Shown piece after piece: positions 8,320-17,486 of a DNA stretch of 35,690 nucleotides. Numbering within the stretch: the stretch's first letter is position 1; every line of letters starts with the position of its first letter. The notes under the pieces were generated by a model. The model did not search any database. It worked only from the letters and a program-made list of their open reading frames with translations, and had not been told where the DNA came from. The stretch is taken from IMG/VR virus record IMGVR_UViG_3300017650_000231, positions 1 to 35,690 of that record. One strand, 5' to 3'. The position numbers and the translations under genes are program-made. This DNA comes from a virus (lineage: Duplodnaviria > Caudoviricetes).

Positions 8320-10778
8320 CAGTTTCCTCCGGGATTCGTGGGGCCGGGATCCAGACGCAACCCGCTGCTGAACTGCTGCAGCACCTGCGTATTGACCCGG
8401 GAGCGGTCGTCCGTGACGCGCACCTCAACGCCCAGGCGGGCACCCTTCAGGTCGACTTCCACCCGCTGGGGCTCGACCTGGCCGAGCGCGCGGCCGGCGC
8501 TGGCGACCTGCTGGCCCGAGAACATCATCAGGGGGGACGGCTCGCCATACAGCGTTCCCAGTCGAGACGGCATGCCGGGGGCCAACTGGGCGGGCGCGCG
8601 CTTGCTGGGCGGCGTGAACACGCTCTGCGCCTTGGCGTAGGCATCGTAGGCATCGCTGATCCCGCCTTGCAGCCAGCGGGCGCCGAGGTAGCCGCCGATA
8701 CCGCCAATCACGCCGCCCGCCAGCGTTCCGAGCCCGGGGAACACGGCCGTCCCCAGCGCAGCGCCGGCCGTGGCGCCGCCCCAGCCGCCGGCCAATCCCG
8801 CGCCGACTACGCCGAGATCGCGGGATTTTCTCGCTCCGGTCTTGCTGTCGTCCAGGATGATGGAGCCGGCCTCGACTCCCGCGCCGACATAGGCCAGCGG
8901 CGCGGCCAGGCGCCCGAATTTGCCCGCCTTCTCCAGGATGGCGGCACCCCGGAGGGCTTTGGCATCCTCGGCCGCGAGCTGGGCCGCCCAGGCGGGCGAG
9001 ACGCCGCCCGAGCCCATCATCAACGCCTGCGCGGCGGCTAGGCGCGGGCCGGCAGCGGCGGCATTTGCGGCCGTGCCGGTTGCCCCAGCGGCGCCTGCAG
9101 CAGCAGATCCGCCGGCAGCAGCGGCTGCGCCTCGGGATTTGAACCAGCTCAGCAATGAGGCTCCACCCAGGGCGGCGGCGGCTGTCGTGATCAGGGTTGT
9201 GGCCCCAGCAACTGCCGTCGCCAGCAATGGGAACTCACGGGCCAGGCCAGTGACCGAGTCCAGCAGGGTTTTCATGGGGCCGCTGACTTCGTTGAAAACA
9301 CGGCTGTTGGCGATAGCGGCCTCGTTCCCCGCCTGTTGTGCGGCGAAAGATGCCGTGCTCGAAAGAACCTCAAAGTTTTTCTTGGTGGCGTCCCCATTGT
9401 CGGCCTTGGTCGCCGCCTGAACCCGTTTCATGTACTCGCGGTTCTGTCCCATCGCAATCAGTGCCATCAGAGCCTGGCGATCCTGAACAACCTGTCCAAT
9501 CGCTCCGCCCTGCAAAATGCTCACCATGGCTTCCAGGGTATCTTTGCGCTCACTGCCGGTTTCTTTCTCGGCGCGCGCCTTCAGGCGGGCGTATCCCTTG
9601 TCCGAGGCCGCTATCTGGTCTATCAGGCTCAGGAAGGCTGCCAACGGCGTTGCGCCTTGCTCACGAGCCTGCGCGAGTGATTTCTGCAGGTCGACGCCTT
9701 TCAGCTTGCCTGTCTTGGGATCCGGGATTTCTAGGTTGGCGAAATCTCGCTTTGTATCGTTGCTGTTGATCTTCAATAGCAGATTGTTGAGGTTGTTCCC
9801 CGCCTCATCCTTCGTCCCTGCGGTGATGACGGACGCCTGGGCCGCCGCCAGCAGTTCCTCGAACGATGACATACCTTTCATGCCCAGCATTCCCTTGGAG
9901 CTGGCCATCATCTGGGGGAGCCAACGTGCCATGTCCCGCAGCTCAAACCCGCCCTCCTGACCGGCGACAATCGCTTTGGAGATCAATGCCGGAATGTCCT
10001 TGGGCGCTATATCGAAGTTCTGCATCGCACGTATGGCGATCTGCGAGAGATCCGTCACGTCTGCGCCGCTGGCCGTCGCAGACTTCTGTAGCTCCGGCAA
10101 CATGCCTAGCGCTACATCGCGTTTGACGACACCCGACGCCAGCAGCTCACTTAACGCTGTTGCGGCGGTTCCCCGCGAGCCTCCAGCATCGCGCACGGTG
10201 TTGTTGATGACCTGCTCCAGAGTGCGCATGCCAAGAATCCGTGCTGCCGGGGTCTCGTCGCCATAGGCCACGTTGGCCATGTGCGCCAGTTGCTCGTCGA
10301 AGTTCATCGGCTTGCGTATCTGCGCCGCCGCGACGGCGCCACCAGCAGCAGCCCCCACCGCGACTTGCGCGCCGCCCTGACCAATTCGTCCGAGCACCAG
10401 GCGCGTCCGCTCGGCATTGCGCCGCACGTCGTCCAGGCGCTGGGCGATGCCGCCCAGGTACGTCACGGTCCGCTGCAGCGACGAGTTGCCCACGCCGAAG
10501 CGCGACATGCTCGCGTCGGCGCGGCGGACGGCCTGGGCCATGCGCTCCGCACCGCGCTCCACCCGCTGCATGCCCTCGCTCGTGCGCCCCAGCGCGGCCT
10601 GCGCCGTCTGCCCTGTCCTGGCCAGGTTGCGGTCCGTTGCCGTGACGGCCTTGTCGACCTTGACCATGGCGGTCTGCTGACGCTTGGACGCATCCTCCAG
10701 CGCCTTGGCGTTCTCGGCAGCGCGGCGCCGCAAATCGCCCGTCAGGTTGATGATGTATCGCAGGGTTAGGCTGCTCAT
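8319..10778 (-). CDS. Tail tape measure protein
   Basis: 819 aa, Ala/Gly-rich helical; AGQEGGFEL.DMA.WLP core; Gly-rich hydrophobic C-terminal segments. Confidence 0.92.
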   Translation of the reverse strand: MSSLTLRYIINLTGDLRRRAAENAKALEDASKRQQTAMVKVDKAVTATDRNLARTGQTAQAALGRTSEGMQRVERGAERMAQAVRRADASMSRFGVGNSSLQRTVTYLGGIAQRLDDVRRNAERTRLVLGRIGQGGAQVAVGAAAGGAVAAAQIRKPMNFDEQLAHMANVAYGDETPAARILGMRTLEQVINNTVRDAGGSRGTAATALSELLASGVVKRDVALGMLPELQKSATASGADVTDLSQIAIRAMQNFDIAPKDIPALISKAIVAGQEGGFELRDMARWLPQMMASSKGMLGMKGMSSFEELLAAAQASVITAGTKDEAGNNLNNLLLKINSNDTKRDFANLEIPDPKTGKLKGVDLQKSLAQAREQGATPLAAFLSLIDQIAASDKGYARLKARAEKETGSERKDTLEAMVSILQGGAIGQVVQDRQALMALIAMGQNREYMKRVQAATKADNGDATKKNFEVLSSTASFAAQQAGNEAAIANSRVFNEVSGPMKTLLDSVTGLAREFPLLATAVAGATTLITTAAAALGGASLLSWFKSRGAAAAAGGSAAAGAAGATGTAANAAAAGPRLAAAQALMMGSGGVSPAWAAQLAAEDAKALRGAAILEKAGKFGRLAAPLAYVGAGVEAGSIILDDSKTGARKSRDLGVVGAGLAGGWGGATAGAALGTAVFPGLGTLAGGVIGGIGGYLGARWLQGGISDAYDAYAKAQSVFTPPSKRAPAQLAPGMPSRLGTLYGEPSPLMMFSGQQVASAGRALGQVEPQRVEVDLKGARLGVEVRVTDDRSRVNTQVLQQFSSGLRLDPGPTNPGGN

Positions 10779-10945
10779 TTACGGCCTCGCTTGGCTGCTT
10801 TCATCGCGCTGTCCAGTTCCTTCGCCCAGCCTTCAAGCTGCGCCTTTGGCGTCTGTCGCAGCGTAGTCGGCGAGCATTGCAGGGCCATCCCGAGATTCAG
10901 CACCAGGCTCTGCCACCTCCCCAGAATGGCCCTCGGATCGCGGGG
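10775..10945 (-). CDS. Frameshifted extension of the tail assembly chaperone (gpGT-like C-terminus)
   Basis: Alternate frame PRDPRAILGRWQSLVLNLGMALQCSPTTLRQTPKAQLEGWAKELDSAMKAAKRGRK*; its stop overlaps the TMP start (ATGA); candidate slip site CCCCGCGA at 10938-10945. Confidence 0.72.
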   Translation of the reverse strand, partial: PRDPRAILGRWQSLVLNLGMALQCSPTTLRQTPKAQLEGWAKELDSAMKAAKRGRK

Positions 10946-11372
10946 CGCTGGGGTCCTCCGCGCGCTGACCCGATACAGCCAGGTCGAATTCCGCCTGGTC
11001 GATCAGTCCGTGTCGGAGCTGGGCCGCCATGGTGATCAACAAGCAGCGCTGCTCGATTTTGGAGAGATCCTGGGGCGACAGACGCGAGAACGTCCGCAGG
11101 TCCAGAACCGCGTCGTCCAGGGGATCCAGGCCGCTCGCCGTGAATCGCTGGACGTGGCGCAGCGTCATGGCCACGCGGTACGTCTCGTCGGACACCAGCA
11201 GCGTCGGCTTGCCCGCGATGTAGACGACGCGTTCGGCCATCTGCACGGCCGCCAGCTCGTCGGCGACCGTGGTTTCGCGCAGTTCGACCGTCTTGTATCG
11301 CACGGACTGGGTGCCGACGGTCGAGGGCAGGCCATCGGTCAGCGTGAGGGTGAAGAGGTTGTCGGATTGCAT
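10833..11372 (-). CDS. Tail assembly chaperone (Mu gp41-like)
   Basis: L.DGL, V.LRE.TVADE..A...AE motifs; between tube and TMP; ATG 11372 preceded by GGAG. Confidence 0.85.
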   Translation of the reverse strand: MQSDNLFTLTLTDGLPSTVGTQSVRYKTVELRETTVADELAAVQMAERVVYIAGKPTLLVSDETYRVAMTLRHVQRFTASGLDPLDDAVLDLRTFSRLSPQDLSKIEQRCLLITMAAQLRHGLIDQAEFDLAVSGQRAEDPSAPRSEGHSGEVAEPGAESRDGPAMLADYAATDAKGAA

Positions 11373-11390
11373 CTCGGCTCCAGGCTGGTC

Positions 11391-11426
11391 AAGCAAAGAG
11401 GGACAGCGCGGTACGCGGCTGTCCCC
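11391..11426 (-). terminator. Probable intrinsic terminator/attenuator after the tail tube gene
   Basis: GGGACAGC/GCTGTCCC stem followed by TCTTTGCTT on the minus strand. Confidence 0.55.
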
Positions 11427-11454
11427 CGGAGGTCATGGGAACCGCCCTAGGCGG

Positions 11455-11826
11455 CTACAGCCACTGCAGCGGCGTCAGGCAGTTGAACGTGAGGTCGACC
11501 GAACCGCTGCCGATATCGCCCATGCTCCCGAAATTGCATTTCCCGGCCCGGACGCGGCGGCCGGTGTGCAGGTTCGTCAGCACGATCTGCGCCCCGCATA
11601 CCCCGCTGAACTGCTCCGGCGTGGTGGCCGGCCCGAATTGCAGCTTGCAGCGGATGATCCTGGCCACGCGCGTGCGCCGCGTGAAATCGGGACCACTGGC
11701 CGAGGCAACCACCTCGGACTGGAACCCGGCCGCGCCTTCGATGGTCGCGGAGCCGTCCTCGAATGGAATGTCGATACCGTCGATGCGGATGCTGTCGATC
11801 TTGTACAGCTCGCTGTCGCATGCCAT
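11455..11826 (-). CDS. Tail tube protein (Mu gpM-like)
   Basis: 123 aa beta-rich protein directly after the sheath gene. Confidence 0.85.
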   Translation of the reverse strand: MACDSELYKIDSIRIDGIDIPFEDGSATIEGAAGFQSEVVASASGPDFTRRTRVARIIRCKLQFGPATTPEQFSGVCGAQIVLTNLHTGRRVRAGKCNFGSMGDIGSGSVDLTFNCLTPLQWL

Positions 11827-11839
11827 GTTCGCTTGCTCC

Positions 11840-13318
11840 TTAAACGTGGCCGGCGACGAACTCGCTGGTCACTTCGGTTTGATAGTGCTGGGTGATCAGG
11901 ACCGGCTGGTCGATGATCTTGAGCTTGCCGTTTGCGCCATCGACCTCGACCAGCAGCGTTTTCTTGTAGAACTCCATGTTCTGGAACAGGCCGGCCTGGA
12001 TGAACTGGTCGTAGTTGTTCAGCATGACTTCTTCGCCGAGCTGCGCGGTCATGATCTTCTGACCAGGGATCGGATCCACCATGTACTCGGCCAGTTTGTA
12101 GTCCCGGTAGCTGACCCGGAAAACGTTGACGGTGAACCAGCGGTAGTAGGACAGGGTCTTGACCCAGTTGAGGTTGCGCCAGCTCGGGTCCGAAGCGCCG
12201 CTGGGGTGCTTCTTGTAGTTCGTGACCATGCGCAGCAGGTTGGCCGTGCCATCGTCCATCACTTCCAGCACGGAACCACCCGCGTTCAGCAGGTTGTTCC
12301 GCTGCTCGCCCTCCCAGTCCTCTTCCAGCCTGGCGCCCAGGTAGCCAGCGAGCGCCACGCCCGTGAACGGCACGGCCGGATCCGTGGAGCAATGGCCCTC
12401 GATGGCGGCCCCGGCCATGGCGGCGGTCTCCCAGGGGTTGGTCAGGTCCTTGGTCACGCACAGGGTGTGGACCTGGTTGCTGTTGCGCGGCGCGAGCCAG
12501 GTCGTAACGGTCCCCTCGGTGCCGCGCACGACGTTCACGACCTGGCCGTCCTGCATGTTGTCGAATCCCCAGCGTCGCTCCAGCTCGGCTTCGATGACGG
12601 CCATATTGGCGCTATCGGTGTACGGCATGACGATCTCGGTGGCGCGGTAGCCGTTCATCTTGGCAACCGCCGCCGAGACATCGGGGTTGACCGCGCCGCC
12701 CGCCATCGCGGTCACGGCCACCGTAACGCCCGTGGGCAGAATGTCGTCGGCGTAGTAGGCGACACGGATGTCGATATCGTTGCCCGTCGCGCCCGCCCAG
12801 CGGCAGGTCAGGTCGATCTCGCCCGCCGTGGCCGACGCCACGGCCGTCACGGGCAAGCTGGTCACGGCATTGATGGCCGCGACCAGCTTGGTACGCAGCG
12901 TCGCGGCGGTGTCCGCCACGGTCATGCCCACGCGGATGCGTTCGCCACCGATGTAGACCATGACTTCGCCCGCGCCATGCCCGACACCGGCCGTCAGCGC
13001 GAGCTTGCCGGTGGCGGCCACGGCGGTAGCGTCATCGGCCAGGACGATGACATCGATGGGCAGGCCGACCACGGCATTCGCCTTGGCGGCACGCCACATG
13101 GCCAGCAGCATCGAACCTTCGCCCAGGGTGCCGACGGCCTCGGATTCGGTGGAGATGCGCATGCGCTTGCTGGTGTTGACGCCGGCCGGCGGGTTGGCCT
13201 GGCCGATCAACAGCAGGTTGCGGGGCATGCCGACCAGGCCGCGTATTGCTTTACTGGCGTCGAACTTGTGCGCGGTGAACGGCACCAGGAAATTCACAGA
13301 CAGTAGGTTCGGGATCAT
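11840..13318 (-). CDS. Tail sheath protein (Mu gpL-like)
   Basis: 492 aa; G.GSML..M, G.TGNDI, MAGGAVNPD, DPA.P, RNNLL..G.S motifs. Confidence 0.95.
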   Translation of the reverse strand: MIPNLLSVNFLVPFTAHKFDASKAIRGLVGMPRNLLLIGQANPPAGVNTSKRMRISTESEAVGTLGEGSMLLAMWRAAKANAVVGLPIDVIVLADDATAVAATGKLALTAGVGHGAGEVMVYIGGERIRVGMTVADTAATLRTKLVAAINAVTSLPVTAVASATAGEIDLTCRWAGATGNDIDIRVAYYADDILPTGVTVAVTAMAGGAVNPDVSAAVAKMNGYRATEIVMPYTDSANMAVIEAELERRWGFDNMQDGQVVNVVRGTEGTVTTWLAPRNSNQVHTLCVTKDLTNPWETAAMAGAAIEGHCSTDPAVPFTGVALAGYLGARLEEDWEGEQRNNLLNAGGSVLEVMDDGTANLLRMVTNYKKHPSGASDPSWRNLNWVKTLSYYRWFTVNVFRVSYRDYKLAEYMVDPIPGQKIMTAQLGEEVMLNNYDQFIQAGLFQNMEFYKKTLLVEVDGANGKLKIIDQPVLITQHYQTEVTSEFVAGHV

Positions 13319-13357
13319 GGTGATTCCTGTTGGGGCGTTGAAATATGGCCCGGCCGC

Positions 13358-13537
13358 TTACTGGCGGACCAGGTCGCCGTCCTGCAGCAGCCGCAGGACG
13401 CGGGCGGTAACCGTGGCGGCGGACGGCTCGGTCTCGCTGTACACGCCGCCGTACTCGGTATTGGCGACCAGGCGGCCAGTGCCAGCGACAACGTCGATCA
13501 CATCGCCCAGGCGCGGCGGGGGTTTGGTTTGCTTCAT
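13358..13537 (-). CDS. Small protein, Mu gp38-like (DUF2635)
   Basis: C-terminal RLLQDGDLV; immediately upstream of sheath; GAGG RBS before ATG 13537 (alternative start 13597). Confidence 0.65.
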   Translation of the reverse strand: MKQTKPPPRLGDVIDVVAGTGRLVANTEYGGVYSETEPSAATVTARVLRLLQDGDLVRQ

Positions 13538-13583
13538 CGTCGGGGTTTCCTCGTTGGGTACGTCGGCCACGGCCGTCGCGCGT

Positions 13584-14192
13584 TCACTGCGTTTCATCGG
13601 TCTTCATCCTCACTTCGTGCTCGACGACCAGGTCGGGTAGATTCGGGGGCGACACTTCCGTGGCCACAGGGCTGGCGGAACTGTCGATGTCGATCTCGTG
13701 CAGCTCGGGCAAATCAGGTAACGGCAGCCGGTGGGGGAATGCCGCCTCCTGCCACCACGCCACCATCCAGAGAGCCAGGCCGGCCTTGTCCAGCTTGGGC
13801 GAGTGCAGGTTCTCCGCGACCTGGCCTTCGGGCTTGCCCAGACATCCTTCGCCGCGCCAGTCACGCGTCAGCCGCGAGATCAGCTCGGCGCGGTCCATGG
13901 CGTCCTGCAAGCGCTGCTCGCGCTTGGCGCCCTTGGTCACGACGAACACCGCGACCCGAACTTCCCAGACATCGAATCCGGACAGGTAGCTGCCGACGGC
14001 TTTCTTGCGCCACCCTACGCAGGTCGACAGCGCGGCCGGGCAGTCGAAGGAGAGGCGCGGCACGTCGTCCACGCCGAACTCGCCGCCGTAGATCGTCACG
14101 TCCTTGAAGAAACGGCCCAGCTTGGCCTTGATGGAGGCATTCAGGGTCTTCAACAGGTCCGACGTGGCCAGCTCGGGCGATTCGTAGCTCAT
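13584..14192 (-). CDS. Tail terminator-like protein, Mu gp37-like
   Basis: YGGEF, CPA, AENL.S...DK.GLALW...W.Q motifs; synteny. Confidence 0.75.
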   Translation of the reverse strand: MSYESPELATSDLLKTLNASIKAKLGRFFKDVTIYGGEFGVDDVPRLSFDCPAALSTCVGWRKKAVGSYLSGFDVWEVRVAVFVVTKGAKREQRLQDAMDRAELISRLTRDWRGEGCLGKPEGQVAENLHSPKLDKAGLALWMVAWWQEAAFPHRLPLPDLPELHEIDIDSSASPVATEVSPPNLPDLVVEHEVRMKTDETQ

Positions 14193-14638
14193 TGCATCCC
14201 CCTGATGCCGTCGAAAATGAGTTCGCCGATGTAGGCGGCGTCTTCGCTGTTGACGCCCAGCACCGGCCGCGCTTCGATCACGGTCTTGTGGCCACGGCCA
14301 GCACGCCCGCCGAAATGGTGGATGCGGGCATAGGGCGAATCGCTGCCGGCCGCGACCCCGTCCCGGACCAGCTCGTATTCGCCGTAGCTCTGGTACAGCA
14401 GCCGCTGGTCCATCAGCGTCTGACCTGACCGGGCGATGGCGGCGGCCGACTGCGGCATCGGCGAGCCGTCGACCAGGCGCTGATCGTCGAAACGGTCCTG
14501 GATCTGGCCGACCATGTAGTCGCCGATCTCCTGGCGTACTGCCCGGAAATCCTGCCGGGCCAGGCGCTTCATGTGTTGCCGAATGATCTCGTCCGGAAAC
14601 TGCCAGCGCACCGACACGCCCCGCTGTGCATCGCTCAT
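14189..14638 (-). CDS. Virion morphogenesis protein (Mu gpG/P2 gpS-like)
   Basis: RF..Q...DG.P, YARIHHFGG.AGR, I.ARP.LG motifs. Confidence 0.9.
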   Translation of the reverse strand: MSDAQRGVSVRWQFPDEIIRQHMKRLARQDFRAVRQEIGDYMVGQIQDRFDDQRLVDGSPMPQSAAAIARSGQTLMDQRLLYQSYGEYELVRDGVAAGSDSPYARIHHFGGRAGRGHKTVIEARPVLGVNSEDAAYIGELIFDGIRGMQ

Positions 14639-15129
14639 TTACCGAAGGCTCCCCAGTTGTAGGCGCTCGGCAGATGGCCCGAGCGGACCCGACCCGACGA
14701 CGATGCTGGCGGCTCCAACAGCTTGACCGTGCCGCGCGCCACGTCTTTGAGCCAGTCCTTCCACTCCTTGCAGCGCTCTTTCTGCGCGTCCGTCTGGTTG
14801 TCCGGGTCGTCCATGAGCTGGCACCGGGACAACTCCAGGCAGCACGTCGTCAACGGCGTCTGGTCGACCTGGTCGGCATCCAGCGGCAGGGCCACCGCGC
14901 TACGCAGATAACCGTCCATGAAGCGCTCGGCGCGGATGATCACGTCGCGTAGACGCTTCGCCGCTGCCAGGGCGGCCGCCTGTTCGTCCGGCGTGGTGTC
15001 AGGGTCGAACGCACCTTCCAACGCCTGGCGCAGCAGGTCGGCGGTCAGCAGCTCGGCTTCGTCGCGCAGCAGTTGCCACGCCTCGTCGAATCCGTACTCC
15101 TGGACGAAATCCTCTGCCGTCGCGTACAT
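14635..15129 (-). CDS. Head-tail adaptor, Mu gp36-like (DUF1320)
   Basis: MYAT..D, DGYL.....LPL, WLKDVA.G.V.L motifs. Confidence 0.88.
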   Translation of the reverse strand: MYATAEDFVQEYGFDEAWQLLRDEAELLTADLLRQALEGAFDPDTTPDEQAAALAAAKRLRDVIIRAERFMDGYLRSAVALPLDADQVDQTPLTTCCLELSRCQLMDDPDNQTDAQKERCKEWKDWLKDVARGTVKLLEPPASSSGRVRSGHLPSAYNWGAFGK

Positions 15130-15512
15130 CAGCGCGCCGCCTTCTTAGCCGCCTTCCTCGGGGCCGCTTTGCTGCCGCGCTTGGCCGCCGGCCTGGCGGC
15201 TGGGAGGTTGGGCGTCAGGGTCACTTCGGCGACCTGGACCGGCTCGGCGTCTTTCCCGGCTTGTCCCGCGTTCGCCGCATTCTGCGGTTCCAGCGCGGGG
15301 TCATGGTTCGCGGCGCCGACCTGGTCGGGTGCGGGTTGCTGCGAACTGTCCGGGCCAGAAGACTCGGCGACAACACGGACGAGGGTGCTGCCGATCTGGT
15401 CGCGCACGTCGTCTTCCAGGGCAAATACGCGATCGCCCACGGCGCGAGAGCGGCGATATAGCCGCACAGGCGCGATAACCTCGAATTCGACCTGCTCATC
15501 GTTTTGATCCAT
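15129..15512 (-). CDS. Hypothetical virion-region protein with basic low-complexity C-terminus
   Basis: Gp35 position after the capsid gene; GAGG RBS before ATG 15512; AAKRGSKAAPRKAAKKAAR tail. Confidence 0.7.
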   Translation of the reverse strand: MDQNDEQVEFEVIAPVRLYRRSRAVGDRVFALEDDVRDQIGSTLVRVVAESSGPDSSQQPAPDQVGAANHDPALEPQNAANAGQAGKDAEPVQVAEVTLTPNLPAARPAAKRGSKAAPRKAAKKAAR

Positions 15513-15602
15513 GGTTTCCTCTCTGTTTGATCCGCCTACCCGGATGGCCCCGTACCACTGCCGCGCCATCCGGGGGCGCCCCTGCCGCCTCGCTCGCTGG
15601 TA

Positions 15603-16547
15603 TTAGGGGGTGATCACGTCCTTGAGGTAGAAACCCAGGGCGGGGGCGCAGATGACTTCCTTGACGGTTTCGCCGGAGCGGACCATGCGGCCGCCACGCA
15701 ACCCAATGTTGCGGTCGTCCCAGGCGCCGGCCACGCGCTCCCCGGTTTGGGCGGTGAACCCGAACGTGACGTTCGCGCCCTCGACGACGCCCGCAATCTT
15801 GGCAGCGGCCTCGTCCTGGTAGATGAACGACACACCGCCACGCCAGCAGGGGTTGAGGTTCGCGGCCTGGCCCGGCTTGGCGATGTTGACCAGACTGCGG
15901 CCCACCAGGACCTTGTCCAGCTCCAGCAGATCGGCCACCTGTTCACGGGTTACCGCGCCCGAGTCGCCGCTGTTGCCGTGCACGGCCTTGACGATGGCCG
16001 GATGGGTCCGGAAGGCGCGCCATTCACTTTGGCCGAACGTGACGACGTTCGGGCGCATGATCGGGCGATCCAGCACGTCCAACACGAGGCCCAGCGCATC
16101 GGAGGTGGGATCGTCGAAGCGATCCCCCGCCGACACCGTTTCCGAGTTTCCTCCGTAGCTGGCGGCTTTGAACACGAGATTGGCGGCGCGTACCTCGCGG
16201 CCCAGCAGCACCAGGTTCATCAGCCATTCCGTGGTCATGCCCTCGACGTTGGTGTTGTCCGGGGCGTCCCGCTCGTCGCTGAACGGCAGGGGATGTTCCA
16301 GGCCAAAATCCGCCGTGGAGTCAGTGACCAGCTCGCCCTTGAATTCGACCTGGTTGACGCGCGAGCGACGGCCTACCTTCGAGTCGGGCACGGTGAACTG
16401 CTGTTCGATGGGGTACTTCTGGTACTTGAACTCCGACTTCTTCAGCGGCGCGGTGCGCGGCAGGACCAGGTCGGCGATCAGTTGGCGGTTCTTGACGAGG
16501 ACCGCGATGGCGGTCAACTGGGGATCGGTGGGAAACGGGCTGGGCAT
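15603..16547 (-). CDS. Major capsid protein
   Basis: 314 aa; DP.LTAIA...N..LIAD.V.P start; RPN....G..W.A...HP; position after protease and decoration genes. Confidence 0.9.
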   Translation of the reverse strand: MPSPFPTDPQLTAIAVLVKNRQLIADLVLPRTAPLKKSEFKYQKYPIEQQFTVPDSKVGRRSRVNQVEFKGELVTDSTADFGLEHPLPFSDERDAPDNTNVEGMTTEWLMNLVLLGREVRAANLVFKAASYGGNSETVSAGDRFDDPTSDALGLVLDVLDRPIMRPNVVTFGQSEWRAFRTHPAIVKAVHGNSGDSGAVTREQVADLLELDKVLVGRSLVNIAKPGQAANLNPCWRGGVSFIYQDEAAAKIAGVVEGANVTFGFTAQTGERVAGAWDDRNIGLRGGRMVRSGETVKEVICAPALGFYLKDVITP

Positions 16548-16586
16548 GGTGGCTCCGAGAGAGGTTAGAGAGAGAAGCGCGGGGGC

Positions 16587-16958
16587 TTAGGCGCCCGCCG
16601 CCGTGCCGGTCGTGCGGTCGATCAGGACCGCGCCGATATCGCCCGCTACGCCCGTGACCTGGGCGAAGCCGATGCCGGCGGCTGTGTCGGCCGCCACGAC
16701 CGCGCGGCCCTGGGCATCGCTTTTGAGGCGATTGCCGCGCGTCACGGCGCCGCCGTACACCACAGGGGCGATACCGTCGAGCTGGACATCGATGCGCTCG
16801 CCATCGGCCGCGCCTACGTCGGTCGAAACGCCGTACAGCACGCCAGCGGCGGTGCCTTGGGCGACCTGGTCGTCGCCGGAGAACTGCACGATGCGGCGGT
16901 CCGCGATGGCGCCCGAGGCGACTTCGTTGGAGATCAGGCCGCGCAGGTTGGTCAACAT
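16587..16958 (-). CDS. Capsid decoration/cement protein (DUF2190-like)
   Basis: Gly/Ala-rich; GIAPV.YGG.V..G..L.SDA.GRAV motif. Confidence 0.8.
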   Translation of the reverse strand: MLTNLRGLISNEVASGAIADRRIVQFSGDDQVAQGTAAGVLYGVSTDVGAADGERIDVQLDGIAPVVYGGAVTRGNRLKSDAQGRAVVAADTAAGIGFAQVTGVAGDIGAVLIDRTTGTAAGA

Positions 16959-16991
16959 GGTTGAATCCTCGTAGTGGGTTGTGCCGCCGCC

Positions 16992-17486
16992 TTACAGGCC
17001 GGCTTGCTTACTGACGTGGGCCACCGCCTCGGTGGGCGAAACGGTGATGCCCTTGGCTTCCTGCTCCGCCGCGTACTGGTGCGCCAGCGCGGTGATGTCC
17101 TTCTCGCCGTCCGGCAGGTTGTCAGTCCGCTCGCGCAGCCGGATGGCGGGCTTGCGCGAGGCCATGAACTCGGCAAACCAGGTGGCCGGGGTCTTCTTCG
17201 CTTCCTTGCCATCGCTGGCCGAGAAGCTGAATTCGGCGACCGTGCCCGCATCCAGCGCGGTCATGAACTCGGCCAGGCCGGATTCCTCGGCCGGTAGAAC
17301 GCGGCCGTCCTTCTTCCAGGCGTCGATCTGCGTGCGGATCCGCTCGGCGCGGCGTTCGCTCTCGATCTTGGTCGCACGGCTGTTGGCTGCGTCGACTTGC
17401 GTGCTGAATTCGGCTTGCGCCGCTTGACGGCCGGCTTGCTCGCCTTCCTGGCGGGCGCGGTCGATGTCCGCTTGAGTGAGGGTCAT
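16992..17486 (-). CDS. Internal in-frame scaffold protein (Mu gpZ-like)
   Basis: GGAG-N7-ATG at 17486 inside the protease gene; helical charged C-terminal half; known arrangement of Mu I/Z. Confidence 0.6.
   Translation of the reverse strand: MTLTQADIDRARQEGEQAGRQAAQAEFSTQVDAANSRATKIESERRAERIRTQIDAWKKDGRVLPAEESGLAEFMTALDAGTVAEFSFSASDGKEAKKTPATWFAEFMASRKPAIRLRERTDNLPDGEKDITALAHQYAAEQEAKGITVSPTEAVAHVSKQAGL

Noticed and set aside
11435-13306. 623-aa plus-strand ORF (likewise 6988-8640, 23900-25510 and 31356-32576)
   Set aside because: Antisense to well-supported genes; explained by codon bias suppressing stops on the opposite strand.
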